NCBI GenBank assembly: GCA_046728215.1
Contig: JBKPEB010000024.1
Location: forward strand, 13,600-77,599
From: Acidobacteriota bacterium
GTDB taxonomy: Bacteria > Acidobacteriota > Terriglobia > Terriglobales > Acidobacteriaceae
Direction: 5' to 3'
Length of the DNA: 64,000 nt
Numbering within the stretch: the first letter of the stretch is position 1; every line of letters begins with the position of its first letter. Position numbers and translations under genes: made by a program. Below, one piece after another: positions 41,343-50,391 of this stretch. Under the pieces are notes generated by a model, which made no database searches, had not been told where the DNA came from, and saw only the letters and a list, made by a program, of their open reading frames with translations.

Positions 41343-42008
41343 ATGGCCAATCTTTTTGAAAGTCCCCGCTACATTGCAGTCGAAGGACCTATCCGAGTCG
41401 GCAAAAGCACCCTGGCACGCATCCTGGGCGAGCGGTTGAATGCGCAAAGGGTCATCGAGCCTGAGGACAATCCGTTCCTGAAATCTTTTTATGCCGGCGA
41501 ACCGGGGGCCGCTTTCCAGGCGCAGTTTGCATTTATGGTGCGCCGCTTCGAACAACTCCGCTCGCTCGATACCGGTGCGCGTTCGAATCGAACCGTGGTC
41601 GCCGACTTCATTTTCGAGAAAGACAAACTCTTCGCGTGCCTCAATCTCAACGATCAGGAACTGGAGACCTATAACCGCTACTACAATGTTTTCCGCGAAC
41701 AGTTGCCAACGCCCGATCTTGTCATTTACCTGCAAGCCACGCCGGATGTTTTGAAGAAGCGGCTCAAGAAAAAGAACGCGCCCGGAGAGAAAGCCATCAA
41801 CGAGGACTATCTCGAAGAAGTGATCAAAGCTTACGAGCACTTCTTCTTTCATTACACCTCGTCGGATTTGTTGATCGTAAACACCTCCGAGATCGACTTC
41901 GTCGATCACAACGAAGACCTGAAGGAACTCCTACGCAAAGTCACCGAACCGATCAAGGGCACGCAGTACTTCCTGCCGTTGGGCAACCAGGAAGCGGCCA
42001 GCGCGTAG
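41343..42008 (+). CDS. Deoxynucleoside kinase (dAK/dGK/dCK family)
   Basis: The P-loop reads IAVEGPIRVGKST. Further motifs are ...EPEDNPFL...F and DRxx...ADFIFEKD. Local GC is lower than the flanks. Confidence 0.75.
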   Translation: MANLFESPRYIAVEGPIRVGKSTLARILGERLNAQRVIEPEDNPFLKSFYAGEPGAAFQAQFAFMVRRFEQLRSLDTGARSNRTVVADFIFEKDKLFACLNLNDQELETYNRYYNVFREQLPTPDLVIYLQATPDVLKKRLKKKNAPGEKAINEDYLEEVIKAYEHFFFHYTSSDLLIVNTSEIDFVDHNEDLKELLRKVTEPIKGTQYFLPLGNQEAASA

Positions 42009-42249
42009 GAAGCGGGTCGTTGATCCTTGGGTCGTTGGCCAATTCCAAGGCTCGCCGGCCATTTGGTCTTTCGCTATGCGGCGTCTAAGTTATGGATAAA
42101 TATGGCAATTATGGCTGCCCGGATTCGCCAACGACGAACGCCCATCAGCCACTAGCGGCGTTTCTTTTTTCGATCTAAACTATCCTTGTTCGAATCCAAG
42201 ATGTGGACAGGCTCTATCCGGCTGTGCCGGAGGGGCACTGGAGGACATC

Positions 42250-43140
42250 GTGAGTCTCACGCCAATTGGCGAGCCTCGCCAGAAGATTACGGTCGCAACT
42301 CTTCACGAAAAAAAATCCCAGCGTCAGCCGATCACCTGCCTGACCGCGTACGACTACGCGAGCGCGCGGCTGGTCGACGAGGCCGGCATCGACGTTGTCC
42401 TGGTCGGCGACTCACTCGCCATGACCATGCTGGGATACGAGAACACGCTCTCGGTCACCCTCGACGAGATGCTGCATCACGCGAAAGCGGTGCGGCGCGG
42501 CGTGAAGCAGGCGTTTCTCATCGCCGACATGCCGTATGGCTCCTACCACGTGAGCCACGACGAAGCGATCCGCAATGCCGCCCGTTACGTTAAGGAAGCG
42601 GGCGCAGAAGCCGTGAAGATCGAAGGCGGCGAAAAACGCGCTGATTTAATTCGCCGCATCATCGACGCAGAGATTCCTGTCGCCGGCCACATAGGCCTGA
42701 CGCCACAGTCGGTCAACGTGATGGGCGGATACCGCGTGCAGGGCAAAGATCTGACCGCCATCGAGCACCTGATGCGCGATGCGGTCGCACTCGACCGCGC
42801 GGGCGTGGCTTGCATTTATCTGGAAGGCATTCCGCGTGAAGTCGCCGCGATGATCACCGCGGAGGTCGAGACGCCGACGATTGGAATTGGCGCCGGTCCT
42901 GATTGCGATGGACAGGTGCTGGTGTTCCACGACATCCTGAACCTGACATTCCAGCCGCCGGCGAAATTCGTGCGCCGCTACGGAGACGCCGCAGCGGAAA
43001 TCACGCACGCCGTGCAGGCCTTCCGCGCCGATGTTTTGTCGCACCAATACCCATCGGACGCGGAGTCGTATCACTTGCCGAAAGAAACGAGAGCCGCGCT
43101 GGATACAGTGCTGGAGCGGAAACGAGCCATGCGGCGGTGA
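42250..43140 (+). CDS. panB: 3-methyl-2-oxobutanoate hydroxymethyltransferase
   Basis: Shows ITCLTAYDYASARLVDEAGIDVVLVGDSLAMTMLGYENT... and KIEGG. Confidence 0.9.
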   Translation: MSLTPIGEPRQKITVATLHEKKSQRQPITCLTAYDYASARLVDEAGIDVVLVGDSLAMTMLGYENTLSVTLDEMLHHAKAVRRGVKQAFLIADMPYGSYHVSHDEAIRNAARYVKEAGAEAVKIEGGEKRADLIRRIIDAEIPVAGHIGLTPQSVNVMGGYRVQGKDLTAIEHLMRDAVALDRAGVACIYLEGIPREVAAMITAEVETPTIGIGAGPDCDGQVLVFHDILNLTFQPPAKFVRRYGDAAAEITHAVQAFRADVLSHQYPSDAESYHLPKETRAALDTVLERKRAMRR

Positions 43141-43208
43141 TGTCAAGGGAGCGAGGGCAGCCTGCCCTGAGCGCAGTGAAGGGTCTCGCCCGTCGCCTCT
43201 AGTCACTC

Positions 43209-44120
43209 ATGCAAATCGTCAACACGATTGACACTACTCGCGCCGCCTGTCGCGCAGCCCGCCACTCGGTCCGGCGTGTCGGCCTGGTTCCCACCATGGG
43301 GGCGCTCCACGAGGGCCATCTGTCCCTCGTCCGCCTTGCTAAGGCAAAAGGCGGCTTCGTGGTGGTATCGCTTTTCGTCAACCCTTTGCAATTCGGTCCG
43401 ACTGAAGATCTCGCGAAGTACCCGCGGACGTTTGAACGCGATTGTGAGTTGCTCGAGCGCGCAGGCGTCGACCTGCTCTTCGCCCCGACTGTTGCCGAGA
43501 TGTATCCCACACCATCCGCGGCCTATGTGAATGTAGAAGGCCTCAGCGAGCGTCTCGACGGCCAGTCGCGCCCCGGACACTTTCGCGGCGTGACCACGGT
43601 GGTCTCGAAACTCTTTCATATCGTCGAACCCGACCTTGCCGTTTTTGGCCAGAAAGACGCGGCGCAGGTGGCGATCATCAAGCGCATGGTGCGCGATTTG
43701 AATATGCCCGTCGAAATCGTGGTGGGCCCCATCGTGCGCGAAATGGACGGCCTGGCCATGAGTTCCCGCAACGCCTATTTGAATCCCGAGCAGCGACAGC
43801 AGGCACTGGTGCTGTCCAAATCCCTCAAGCGGGTTCAGGAAATCTTCGAGGCGCGTGAGCGTTCAGCGGCAAAGCTCATCACTGGCGGGCTTGAAGTATT
43901 TCGCGCAGAACCAGCGGTTCGGGTTGACTATTTTTCCGTGGTGGACCCGGAATCACTCGAACCGGTCGATACGGTGACATCGCGAGCGCTTGTTGCGGTT
44001 GCGGCTTATGTGGGGGCCACGCGTCTCATCGACAACGCTTTGCTGTGGATCCGCGAAAAATCAAGAGCAAACCGCAAAGGCCGCAAAGAAAAATCCGCAA
44101 AGCACGCGAAGAGACCCTAA
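43209..44120 (+). CDS. panC: Pantoate--beta-alanine ligase
   Basis: Shows GLVPTMGALHEGHLSL...VSLFVNPLQF. A short Lys/Arg-rich C-terminal tail is present. Confidence 0.9.
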   Translation: MQIVNTIDTTRAACRAARHSVRRVGLVPTMGALHEGHLSLVRLAKAKGGFVVVSLFVNPLQFGPTEDLAKYPRTFERDCELLERAGVDLLFAPTVAEMYPTPSAAYVNVEGLSERLDGQSRPGHFRGVTTVVSKLFHIVEPDLAVFGQKDAAQVAIIKRMVRDLNMPVEIVVGPIVREMDGLAMSSRNAYLNPEQRQQALVLSKSLKRVQEIFEARERSAAKLITGGLEVFRAEPAVRVDYFSVVDPESLEPVDTVTSRALVAVAAYVGATRLIDNALLWIREKSRANRKGRKEKSAKHAKRP

Positions 44121-44229
44121 CCCTTGCACGAACGCGGGACTGTACGTTGTGGAAGAAATGAGCGCCCTTCGCGGTCTTTGCGAGCCTTAGCGTCCTTTGC
44201 GGTTAAAAGCTTGTGGGCGGGTGGAGCCG

Positions 44230-44919
44230 CTAACCTCGCTTGCCCGACACAAACCGGTTCCCAGAAACGATGTACCGCAGAGGCCTCTCCGCTGCCTTCG
44301 TAATTCCGATGCGCGTCGTGATTTTCACAGGCGGCGGTGGCGACCCATCATCGGCAATCCACAAGTCCGAATTCGCAGAGGTCAGATCTTTTTCGTTGTC
44401 GCGCATGCGAGTGATCCCGAACGCCTCGGCCAATCGACCGGGCCCGGAGGTCAAATTGCGCAAATCGGTCGAGTCGGTGTCCCTGGCAACCATCATCGAG
44501 TCCATACCCAGCAGTGGCTCCAGAGCGCGAAACAGAACACCTCCGGCTTCACCGTCCGGCATGCACGAAACGTTGAAACAGTAGTGATTGCCGTAGATGA
44601 AGTAGACATATGCAAAGCCCGGCGGCCCCCAGAGAACCGCATTGCGCGCCGTACGTCCCGCGTAGCTATGGGCGGCGGGATCGTTGTGAAGGTAGGCCTC
44701 CACTTCAACAATTCGCCCAGCCAGAATTTTCCGCCCGTCCCGACGCAGGAGCACCTTGCCCAGCAAATCGCCCGAGACGCGCCGTGGATCTCGGTCATAG
44801 AAGGCTCTCGGAAGTGGTGGCAGTTTGCGCGCAACCGCAGCCGGCAAAGTGGCGGTTCCCAATAGCGTCGATCGGGGAGGCTCGTGTGGGAGAAACGCAG
44901 GCATGGATACTTGATTCAA
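44230..44919 (-). CDS. DNA-3-methyladenine glycosylase (Mpg/AAG family)
   Basis: Shows LLGKVLLRR...GRIVEVEAYL...D.A.H...GPPGFAYVYFIYGNHYCFNVS. Confidence 0.8.
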   Translation of the reverse strand: MNQVSMPAFLPHEPPRSTLLGTATLPAAVARKLPPLPRAFYDRDPRRVSGDLLGKVLLRRDGRKILAGRIVEVEAYLHNDPAAHSYAGRTARNAVLWGPPGFAYVYFIYGNHYCFNVSCMPDGEAGGVLFRALEPLLGMDSMMVARDTDSTDLRNLTSGPGRLAEAFGITRMRDNEKDLTSANSDLWIADDGSPPPPVKITTRIGITKAAERPLRYIVSGNRFVSGKRG

Positions 44920-45034
44920 TGTAGTCGAACTCGGACCATCAGGAAGCGCTCGTGATGAACGGTCGCAACCGATCCGCTTGTAAAATTATCGAACTTATAC
45001 GCGCCCTTCCATCCCTAACTTCTGAGGAGGCACC

Positions 45035-45601
45035 ATGCTCGGGAAAACTCTGAGGCTTACCGCATGCGCTGCGCTGCTCACCCTAATCGCAGCCGCGCAG
45101 ACCATCCCGGCGGGCACGCATATCACTGTGCATATCGCCCAGGAACTCACCTCAGGCACGGCGCAAGTTGGCGACCACTTCGATGCCACCCTAAGCCGCT
45201 CCTTGGTGGTCAACGGAAAGACGCTTGCCCAGGCCGGCGCGCCCGCTCGCGGCAAAGTTACACTCGCGAAATCCAGCGGACGTTTGCATGCTCCCGGACA
45301 ACTCTCGGTCCGCCTGACCTCGGTACAAGTGGACGGCAAGATGGTTCCGATATCTACGGGCAGCTATCACGTCGAAGGCAAAAGCCACACCAAGAGCAAC
45401 GCGACCAAGATCGGCGGAGGCGCTGCTGTCGGCGCGCTGATCGGCGGACTTGCGGGCGGTGGTAAAGGCGCGGCCATCGGCGCAGGCGCAGGCGGCGCGG
45501 CGGGCACCGGAGTGGCCGCAGCGACCGGCAAGGAAGAAGCCATTATCCCCGCAGAAAAAACTCTGAGCTTCAGCACCACGGCAGCCGCAAAAGCAAAGTA
45601 G
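45035..45601 (+). CDS. Secreted protein with a C-terminal glycine-zipper segment (paralogue of 34578..35477)
   Basis: A signal peptide and IGGGAAVGALIGGLAGGGKGAAIGAGAGGAAG are present. IPAGTHITVHIAQELTSGTAQVGDHFDATL aligns with IPTGTEIHIRTEEKIDSNNASPGQRFSAEV of the other copy. Confidence 0.65.
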   Translation: MLGKTLRLTACAALLTLIAAAQTIPAGTHITVHIAQELTSGTAQVGDHFDATLSRSLVVNGKTLAQAGAPARGKVTLAKSSGRLHAPGQLSVRLTSVQVDGKMVPISTGSYHVEGKSHTKSNATKIGGGAAVGALIGGLAGGGKGAAIGAGAGGAAGTGVAAATGKEEAIIPAEKTLSFSTTAAAKAK

Positions 45602-45624
45602 CGTCCGGCATTCTGCCGGCAGTC

Positions 45625-45653
45625 GCGAGGGCGTCTCCGCCCTCGCTCTTTCC
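45625..45653. terminator. Hairpin GCGAGGGCG-TCTC-CGCCCTCGC between convergent genes
   Basis: A 9-bp perfect stem is followed by TCTTTCC. It lies between the stops at 45601 (+) and 45656 (-). Confidence 0.6.
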
Positions 45654-45655
45654 AC

Positions 45656-46120
45656 TTAAGCCGCCTGCTTCAAATATGCCAGCACTTCCGCGGAGTGCCC
45701 TTCCGGCTTGACCTTGTGAAACACGTGCTTGATCTTGCCATCCGGCCCGATGATGAAGGTTGTGCGCGCCACGCCCATCACCTTTTTGCCGTACATGTTC
45801 TTTTCCTGGATCACACCAAAGGCATTGCACAGCTTTTTGTCGGCATCCGCCAACAGCGTGAAAGGCAGGTGAAACTTCTCCTGGAATTTCTTTTGGGCCC
45901 CGGGCGTATCCGGCGACGCACCTAGCAGCACGGCGCCCGTTTTCTGCATCTGCTTGTAGGTATCGCGGAACTCGCAGGCTTCCTTGGTGCAGCCGGGGGT
46001 GTCGGCGCGCGGGTAGAAATAGAGCACCACCGTCCTGCCTTTGAAATCCTTCAAGGAAACCTCTTTCCCGTTCTCATCCTCTAATTTGATGTCTGGGGCT
46101 TTATCATTGACGTCGAGCAT
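45656..46120 (-). CDS. bcp: Peroxiredoxin Bcp (thiol peroxidase, AhpC/TSA family)
   Basis: Shows MLDVNDKAPDIKLEDENG...LYFYPRADTPGCTKEACEFRD. Confidence 0.85.
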   Translation of the reverse strand: MLDVNDKAPDIKLEDENGKEVSLKDFKGRTVVLYFYPRADTPGCTKEACEFRDTYKQMQKTGAVLLGASPDTPGAQKKFQEKFHLPFTLLADADKKLCNAFGVIQEKNMYGKKVMGVARTTFIIGPDGKIKHVFHKVKPEGHSAEVLAYLKQAA

Positions 46121-47522
46121 GGTTGCGTCTCCAATCCGCCCAACGTTATACCGTAGCGCGCGCCGCGCCGTCATCTGCGCCCTCGTCGCTTTGAGCATGG
46201 CGCAGCCTGCATCGTCCCAGCTCGCCAAGAAGTCGAAAGACGCGAAGGGTCCCCGCGCCTTGGGACTGATCGAAATCTCCTCCGATGGGAAAGCGCGACT
46301 CGTGCCCATCGCCATCATGGTCGACGGAAAGTTCTACGATGCCGGTGCCTATAAAGCCTCTCCCGTCCCTCTGGCTTTGTGGAACGACACAGTGTACGAA
46401 GGCGAGAAGACCGGCGTTCCCCAGGGCCTGTTCACCGTGGCCGAAGCCATGCGCACGGGCTCGAATAACTGGTTCGGTGCGGGGAACTGGCGACCGGCAG
46501 GCTCTGAACCCAAGCCGCGCAAAGTCGCCGCTAAGCCCAAGATGGGTGACGAAGACGAAGGCCCACCCAAGCTGCGCCGCTCGGATGCGACGAAACCTGA
46601 CACGCCGAAGCCTGCCGAACCCACCAGCACTCCTTCGCCAGACGATAAGAAACCGACCGGAGGAGGAACGGCCGCGCCCGGAAGCACTACGCCCGCGAAC
46701 CCGCCGACGCAAACAACTTCTCCCGTGCCCTCCACTGCAAGCGACCAAGCGCCAGATGCAGGCGCTCCCTCCGACGCTAACGATGATGATCCCAATCGTC
46801 CGATTCTCAAGCGCGGCAAGACTGGGACGCAAAGCGCGGCGCACCCCGAGGTGGGCGCGTCCACCGGTGTCATACGGCGTCCCGTAACCGCTTCGTCCAA
46901 AGCACCGGCGGCGAAAGCTACCACGCAATCGATTCCCGCGATCTCCGACGCGGCGGGCCCCGACCCGCGGCCTTACTCGTACGACATCCAGCCCGACGAA
47001 GAAGAAAAGTATCGCAAGGGCATGTTGGCCCTTGCGTCCGATGCTTTGCTCGCGAGGATGAAGGAGATTTCTCCGCCGCCCACGACGACCAAATCGCCGA
47101 ATCGCCCGATCGCGGCACGGCGGCCTGCGAAACCAGCTAAGCCAACGTTTGATAACGTGCAATTTCACGCTTTCGATCTGTGGAACACCAACGAGCCCAT
47201 CTTCGTGCTCAGCGCTACCGCGCACGCGCCTGCAGCCTCCGGTGTGCCAGCCGATTCCACCAGCCAGCCGTACTACGTGACGATCGTGGCGAAGAAAAAT
47301 ATTTATGACGAACTGCGCAAGCTGTACACCGGCGTGACGGACCAGCAACACCTCGATATGACGCCGCGGCTGGAACTGATCGACGCGATCGACGCCGACG
47401 GCGATGGCCGTGGCGAACTTCTCTTTCGCCGTATCACCGACACGGGTCCTGCGTGGGGCGTTTACCGCGCGGGCGCCGATCAGCTGTTTCCTTTGTTCGA
47501 AGGCACGCCTCCGGGACAGTAA
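46119..47522 (+). CDS. Hypothetical secreted protein with a long Pro/Thr/Ala-rich low-complexity linker
   Basis: A 467-codon ORF. Its putative signal is RSARRAVICALVALSMA. A roughly 200-aa low-complexity region lies between the N- and C-terminal globular parts. The start is uncertain (alternative ATG at 46197). The first choice gives CATG overlapping the divergent bcp start. Confidence 0.5.
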   Translation: MVASPIRPTLYRSARRAVICALVALSMAQPASSQLAKKSKDAKGPRALGLIEISSDGKARLVPIAIMVDGKFYDAGAYKASPVPLALWNDTVYEGEKTGVPQGLFTVAEAMRTGSNNWFGAGNWRPAGSEPKPRKVAAKPKMGDEDEGPPKLRRSDATKPDTPKPAEPTSTPSPDDKKPTGGGTAAPGSTTPANPPTQTTSPVPSTASDQAPDAGAPSDANDDDPNRPILKRGKTGTQSAAHPEVGASTGVIRRPVTASSKAPAAKATTQSIPAISDAAGPDPRPYSYDIQPDEEEKYRKGMLALASDALLARMKEISPPPTTTKSPNRPIAARRPAKPAKPTFDNVQFHAFDLWNTNEPIFVLSATAHAPAASGVPADSTSQPYYVTIVAKKNIYDELRKLYTGVTDQQHLDMTPRLELIDAIDADGDGRGELLFRRITDTGPAWGVYRAGADQLFPLFEGTPPGQ

Positions 47523-47596
47523 TCCTGCCCTACTCAATCCCGCCTCGACCATTTACAATCCCGTGCGAGTTTCGGAAGTGCCGGAGAACTCCCTTC

Positions 47597-48526
47597 ATGC
47601 CCAAGCACGCCGTCGTCGGTCTCGCCCTGATCTTCGCCGCTGCGTTTGCTTCCGCCCAGGACGACGACTTCAGCAAAGTTCAGATCAAAGTCACCAAGGT
47701 TTCCGGAAGCGTCTACATGCTGGAGGGCGCCGGGGGGAACATCGGAGCGTCGGTCGGCGAAGACGGAATCGTGGTCGTCGATGACCAGTACGCGCCGCTG
47801 GCCGAGAAAATCCAGGCCGCCCTGAAGGGCATTACCGACAAGCCCGTGCGCTTCATCATCAACACGCACTATCACGGCGATCACACCGGGGGGAACGCCT
47901 TCTTTCAGAAACAGGCTCCCGTCATTGCCCACGACAACGTCCGCAAGCGGCTCGAAAGCGGCGGCAACGCCGGCAATCTGGGATCCATTTCCATGGAGCG
48001 GAAACCCGCGCCCAAGGAGGCCTTGCCGATTCTTACCTTCGACCACGATGTCACCGTACACCTGAACGGAGAAGACATCCGCGCCTTGCACTTCCCGAGC
48101 GGCCACACCGACGGCGACAGCATCATCTTCTTCCCCAAATCGAATGTCGTGCACATGGGGGATGATTTCGTGCGCTATGGATTCCCGTTTGTGGACCTTG
48201 CAGCCGGCGGCAGCGTGCAAGGCATGATTTCCGCTATCGAGGAAGTTGTGCCCAAACTACCGCCCGATGTGAAAGTCATTCCCGGCCACGGTAACGTTTC
48301 GAATCTCGATGATGTGCGCGAATACGTGAAGATGCTGATCGATACGCGGGCGGTGGTGGAGAAGGGCGTCAAGCAAGGAAAGACTCTGGATCAGCTGAAA
48401 CAGGAGAAAGTTCTGGGCGCCTGGAAGAAGTGGAACGGCGACTTTGTTACCACCGACGCCTTCATTGAAACCCTGTACAACGATCTCACGGGAAAAAAGG
48501 ACGCGAAGTTCATTAAACATAACTGA
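47597..48526 (+). CDS. MBL-fold metallo-hydrolase, secreted
   Basis: A signal peptide and the metallo-beta-lactamase motif INTHYHGDHTGGN are present. Confidence 0.8.
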   Translation: MPKHAVVGLALIFAAAFASAQDDDFSKVQIKVTKVSGSVYMLEGAGGNIGASVGEDGIVVVDDQYAPLAEKIQAALKGITDKPVRFIINTHYHGDHTGGNAFFQKQAPVIAHDNVRKRLESGGNAGNLGSISMERKPAPKEALPILTFDHDVTVHLNGEDIRALHFPSGHTDGDSIIFFPKSNVVHMGDDFVRYGFPFVDLAAGGSVQGMISAIEEVVPKLPPDVKVIPGHGNVSNLDDVREYVKMLIDTRAVVEKGVKQGKTLDQLKQEKVLGAWKKWNGDFVTTDAFIETLYNDLTGKKDAKFIKHN

Positions 48527-48591
48527 CGCACGGCGCCGCCATCCCCTCGCGCCCAAAAAATCATCACAAGCATGCAGACTCAACCCGACCC

Positions 48592-50103
48592 ATGCCCATC
48601 GACTCTCGGACGCTGACGCGGCGCAAGTTCCTTCACTCAAGCTTGGGATTCGCGGCCGCGAGCACCCTTGGCGCTGCTGTCCCGTTTGCCATGCCGGAAG
48701 CCCAGCCTTCCGCACCCATCGCCTTTCCCAAGAACTTCTGGTGGGGCACAGCCACTGCGTCGTACCAGGTAGAAGGCGCCTGGAACGTAGACGGCAAGGG
48801 CGAGTCGATCTGGGATCGCTTTTCGCACACACTGGGGAAAGTCAAAAATGGGGATACGGGCGACCTTGCCTGCGACCACTACCATCGGTACCAGGAAGAC
48901 GTCCGCATCATGCAGGCGTTGCAGATGAAGAGCTACCGCTTTTCGATAGCCTGGCCGCGCATCCAGCCAACCGGCTCAGGCAGGCCGAATCCCAAAGGTC
49001 TCGATTTTTACAGCCGACTGGTCGATACCTTGCTGGCCGCGAAGATACGCCCGTTTGCCACGCTCTATCATTGGGATCTTCCGCAGGCGCTCGAAGACGC
49101 GGGCGGCTGGCCGCAGCGCGACACCGCCCAGCGCTTCGCCGATTATGCCGACCTCATGATGAGCGCGCTAGGCGATCGCGTCACCTATTGGATGATCTTT
49201 AACGAGCCCTGGGTCTTCACAACGCTCGGATACTTGCTCGGCAACCACGCTCCTGGGCGAACCAATCTAGATGCCTATCTGCGCTCCACCCATGTCGTGA
49301 ATCTGGCGCAAGGCATGGCGTATCGCGTCATGAAAGGCGTCCGGCCAAAATCGATCGTGGGCAGCGCATTCAGCATGTCGCCCATGCAGCCCGCGAGGCC
49401 ATCGCGCGCCGATCACGCAGCCGCCGAGCGCGCGCATCTCTGGCAAAACGTGTGGTTCGTCGAGCCAGCGCTCAAGGGCAAGTATCCCGACGCGTTCGTC
49501 GGCGTGACGCCGGAGATGCTCGGCGTGCAACCCGGTGACATGGAGAAGGTCCGGGCACCGCTCGATTTCATCGGCATCAATAACTACTACCGCACGATCG
49601 TCTCGGCCTCGCGGATTGACGGGCTGGACTTCAACCCCATCTCTAAAATCTTCCCCGCTGATATCAAAGTCGGTGGCGATACCGGACCCAAGACGGACAT
49701 GGGCTGGGAAGTCTATCCACGCGGACTTTACGAGATCGTGATGCGTATCACCAAGGACTACAAGCGCCCGGCGATCGAGATTACCGAAAACGGCTGCGCC
49801 TATGGGGACGCCCCCGGTAAGACCGGGGCTGTGAACGACACGCGCCGCATTACCTTCTACCGTGGCTACCTGCGCGAGCTCGCGCAAGCCATTCAGCAAG
49901 GCGCCGACGTCCGCGGATACCATGCCTGGAGCCTGCTCGACAACTTTGAATGGGCCGAAGGCTTCACCAAGCGCTTCGGACTGGTCTACGTGGATTTCAA
50001 AACGCTGAAGCGCACCGTGAAAGAGTCGGGGCAGTGGTACGCCAAAGTTGCCGCCAACAACGCGGTACCAGGTGCAGAAAAGAAGGCGGCAGCCAAATCG
50101 TAG
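48592..50103 (+). CDS. GH1 beta-glucosidase with a twin-arginine signal
   Basis: The twin-arginine motif is TRRKFLHSS. GH1 motifs FPKNFWWGTATASYQVEG and ITENG are present. Confidence 0.85.
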   Translation: MPIDSRTLTRRKFLHSSLGFAAASTLGAAVPFAMPEAQPSAPIAFPKNFWWGTATASYQVEGAWNVDGKGESIWDRFSHTLGKVKNGDTGDLACDHYHRYQEDVRIMQALQMKSYRFSIAWPRIQPTGSGRPNPKGLDFYSRLVDTLLAAKIRPFATLYHWDLPQALEDAGGWPQRDTAQRFADYADLMMSALGDRVTYWMIFNEPWVFTTLGYLLGNHAPGRTNLDAYLRSTHVVNLAQGMAYRVMKGVRPKSIVGSAFSMSPMQPARPSRADHAAAERAHLWQNVWFVEPALKGKYPDAFVGVTPEMLGVQPGDMEKVRAPLDFIGINNYYRTIVSASRIDGLDFNPISKIFPADIKVGGDTGPKTDMGWEVYPRGLYEIVMRITKDYKRPAIEITENGCAYGDAPGKTGAVNDTRRITFYRGYLRELAQAIQQGADVRGYHAWSLLDNFEWAEGFTKRFGLVYVDFKTLKRTVKESGQWYAKVAANNAVPGAEKKAAAKS

Positions 50104-50217
50104 AGAAAGCTCGTTGACCAGCAATGAGCCTATTTGTCATAGAGATGCGCGATATTCCCGCTATCAGATTCCAGCCCAAAAACGCAATTCTTGAAGAAAA
50201 CACTTGCAACCGAAAGC

Positions 50218-50241
50218 AGTGTTATAGTTAACTATAACACT
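50218..50241. promoter_or_regulatory. 24-bp perfect palindrome AGTGTTATAGTTAACTATAACACT (candidate operator)
   Basis: I checked the reverse complement by hand. It lies about 150 bp upstream of the DUF2306-TPR gene. It is not followed by a T-tract, so a terminator is unlikely. A TTGCAA -35-like hexamer lies at 50204. Confidence 0.5.
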
Positions 50242-50391
50242 AGATGAGCCGGCCTTTCGCCGCGTCTTCCAAGGTCGTGTTCCTGGCCGGGAAAACACGT
50301 CTTCCCGGCTCTTTTGTGGGGGACCGGCGTCCCTGGCTTCGCTGCACAGGCCCCTGCCGTGGATTCAATCGCCAGCTAGGAGTTATGAGCT

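Noticed and set aside
42180-42205. A tRNA-like T-loop sequence GTTCGAATCC
   Set aside because: The flanking bases do not form a T-stem, acceptor stem or D-arm. No cloverleaf can be drawn.
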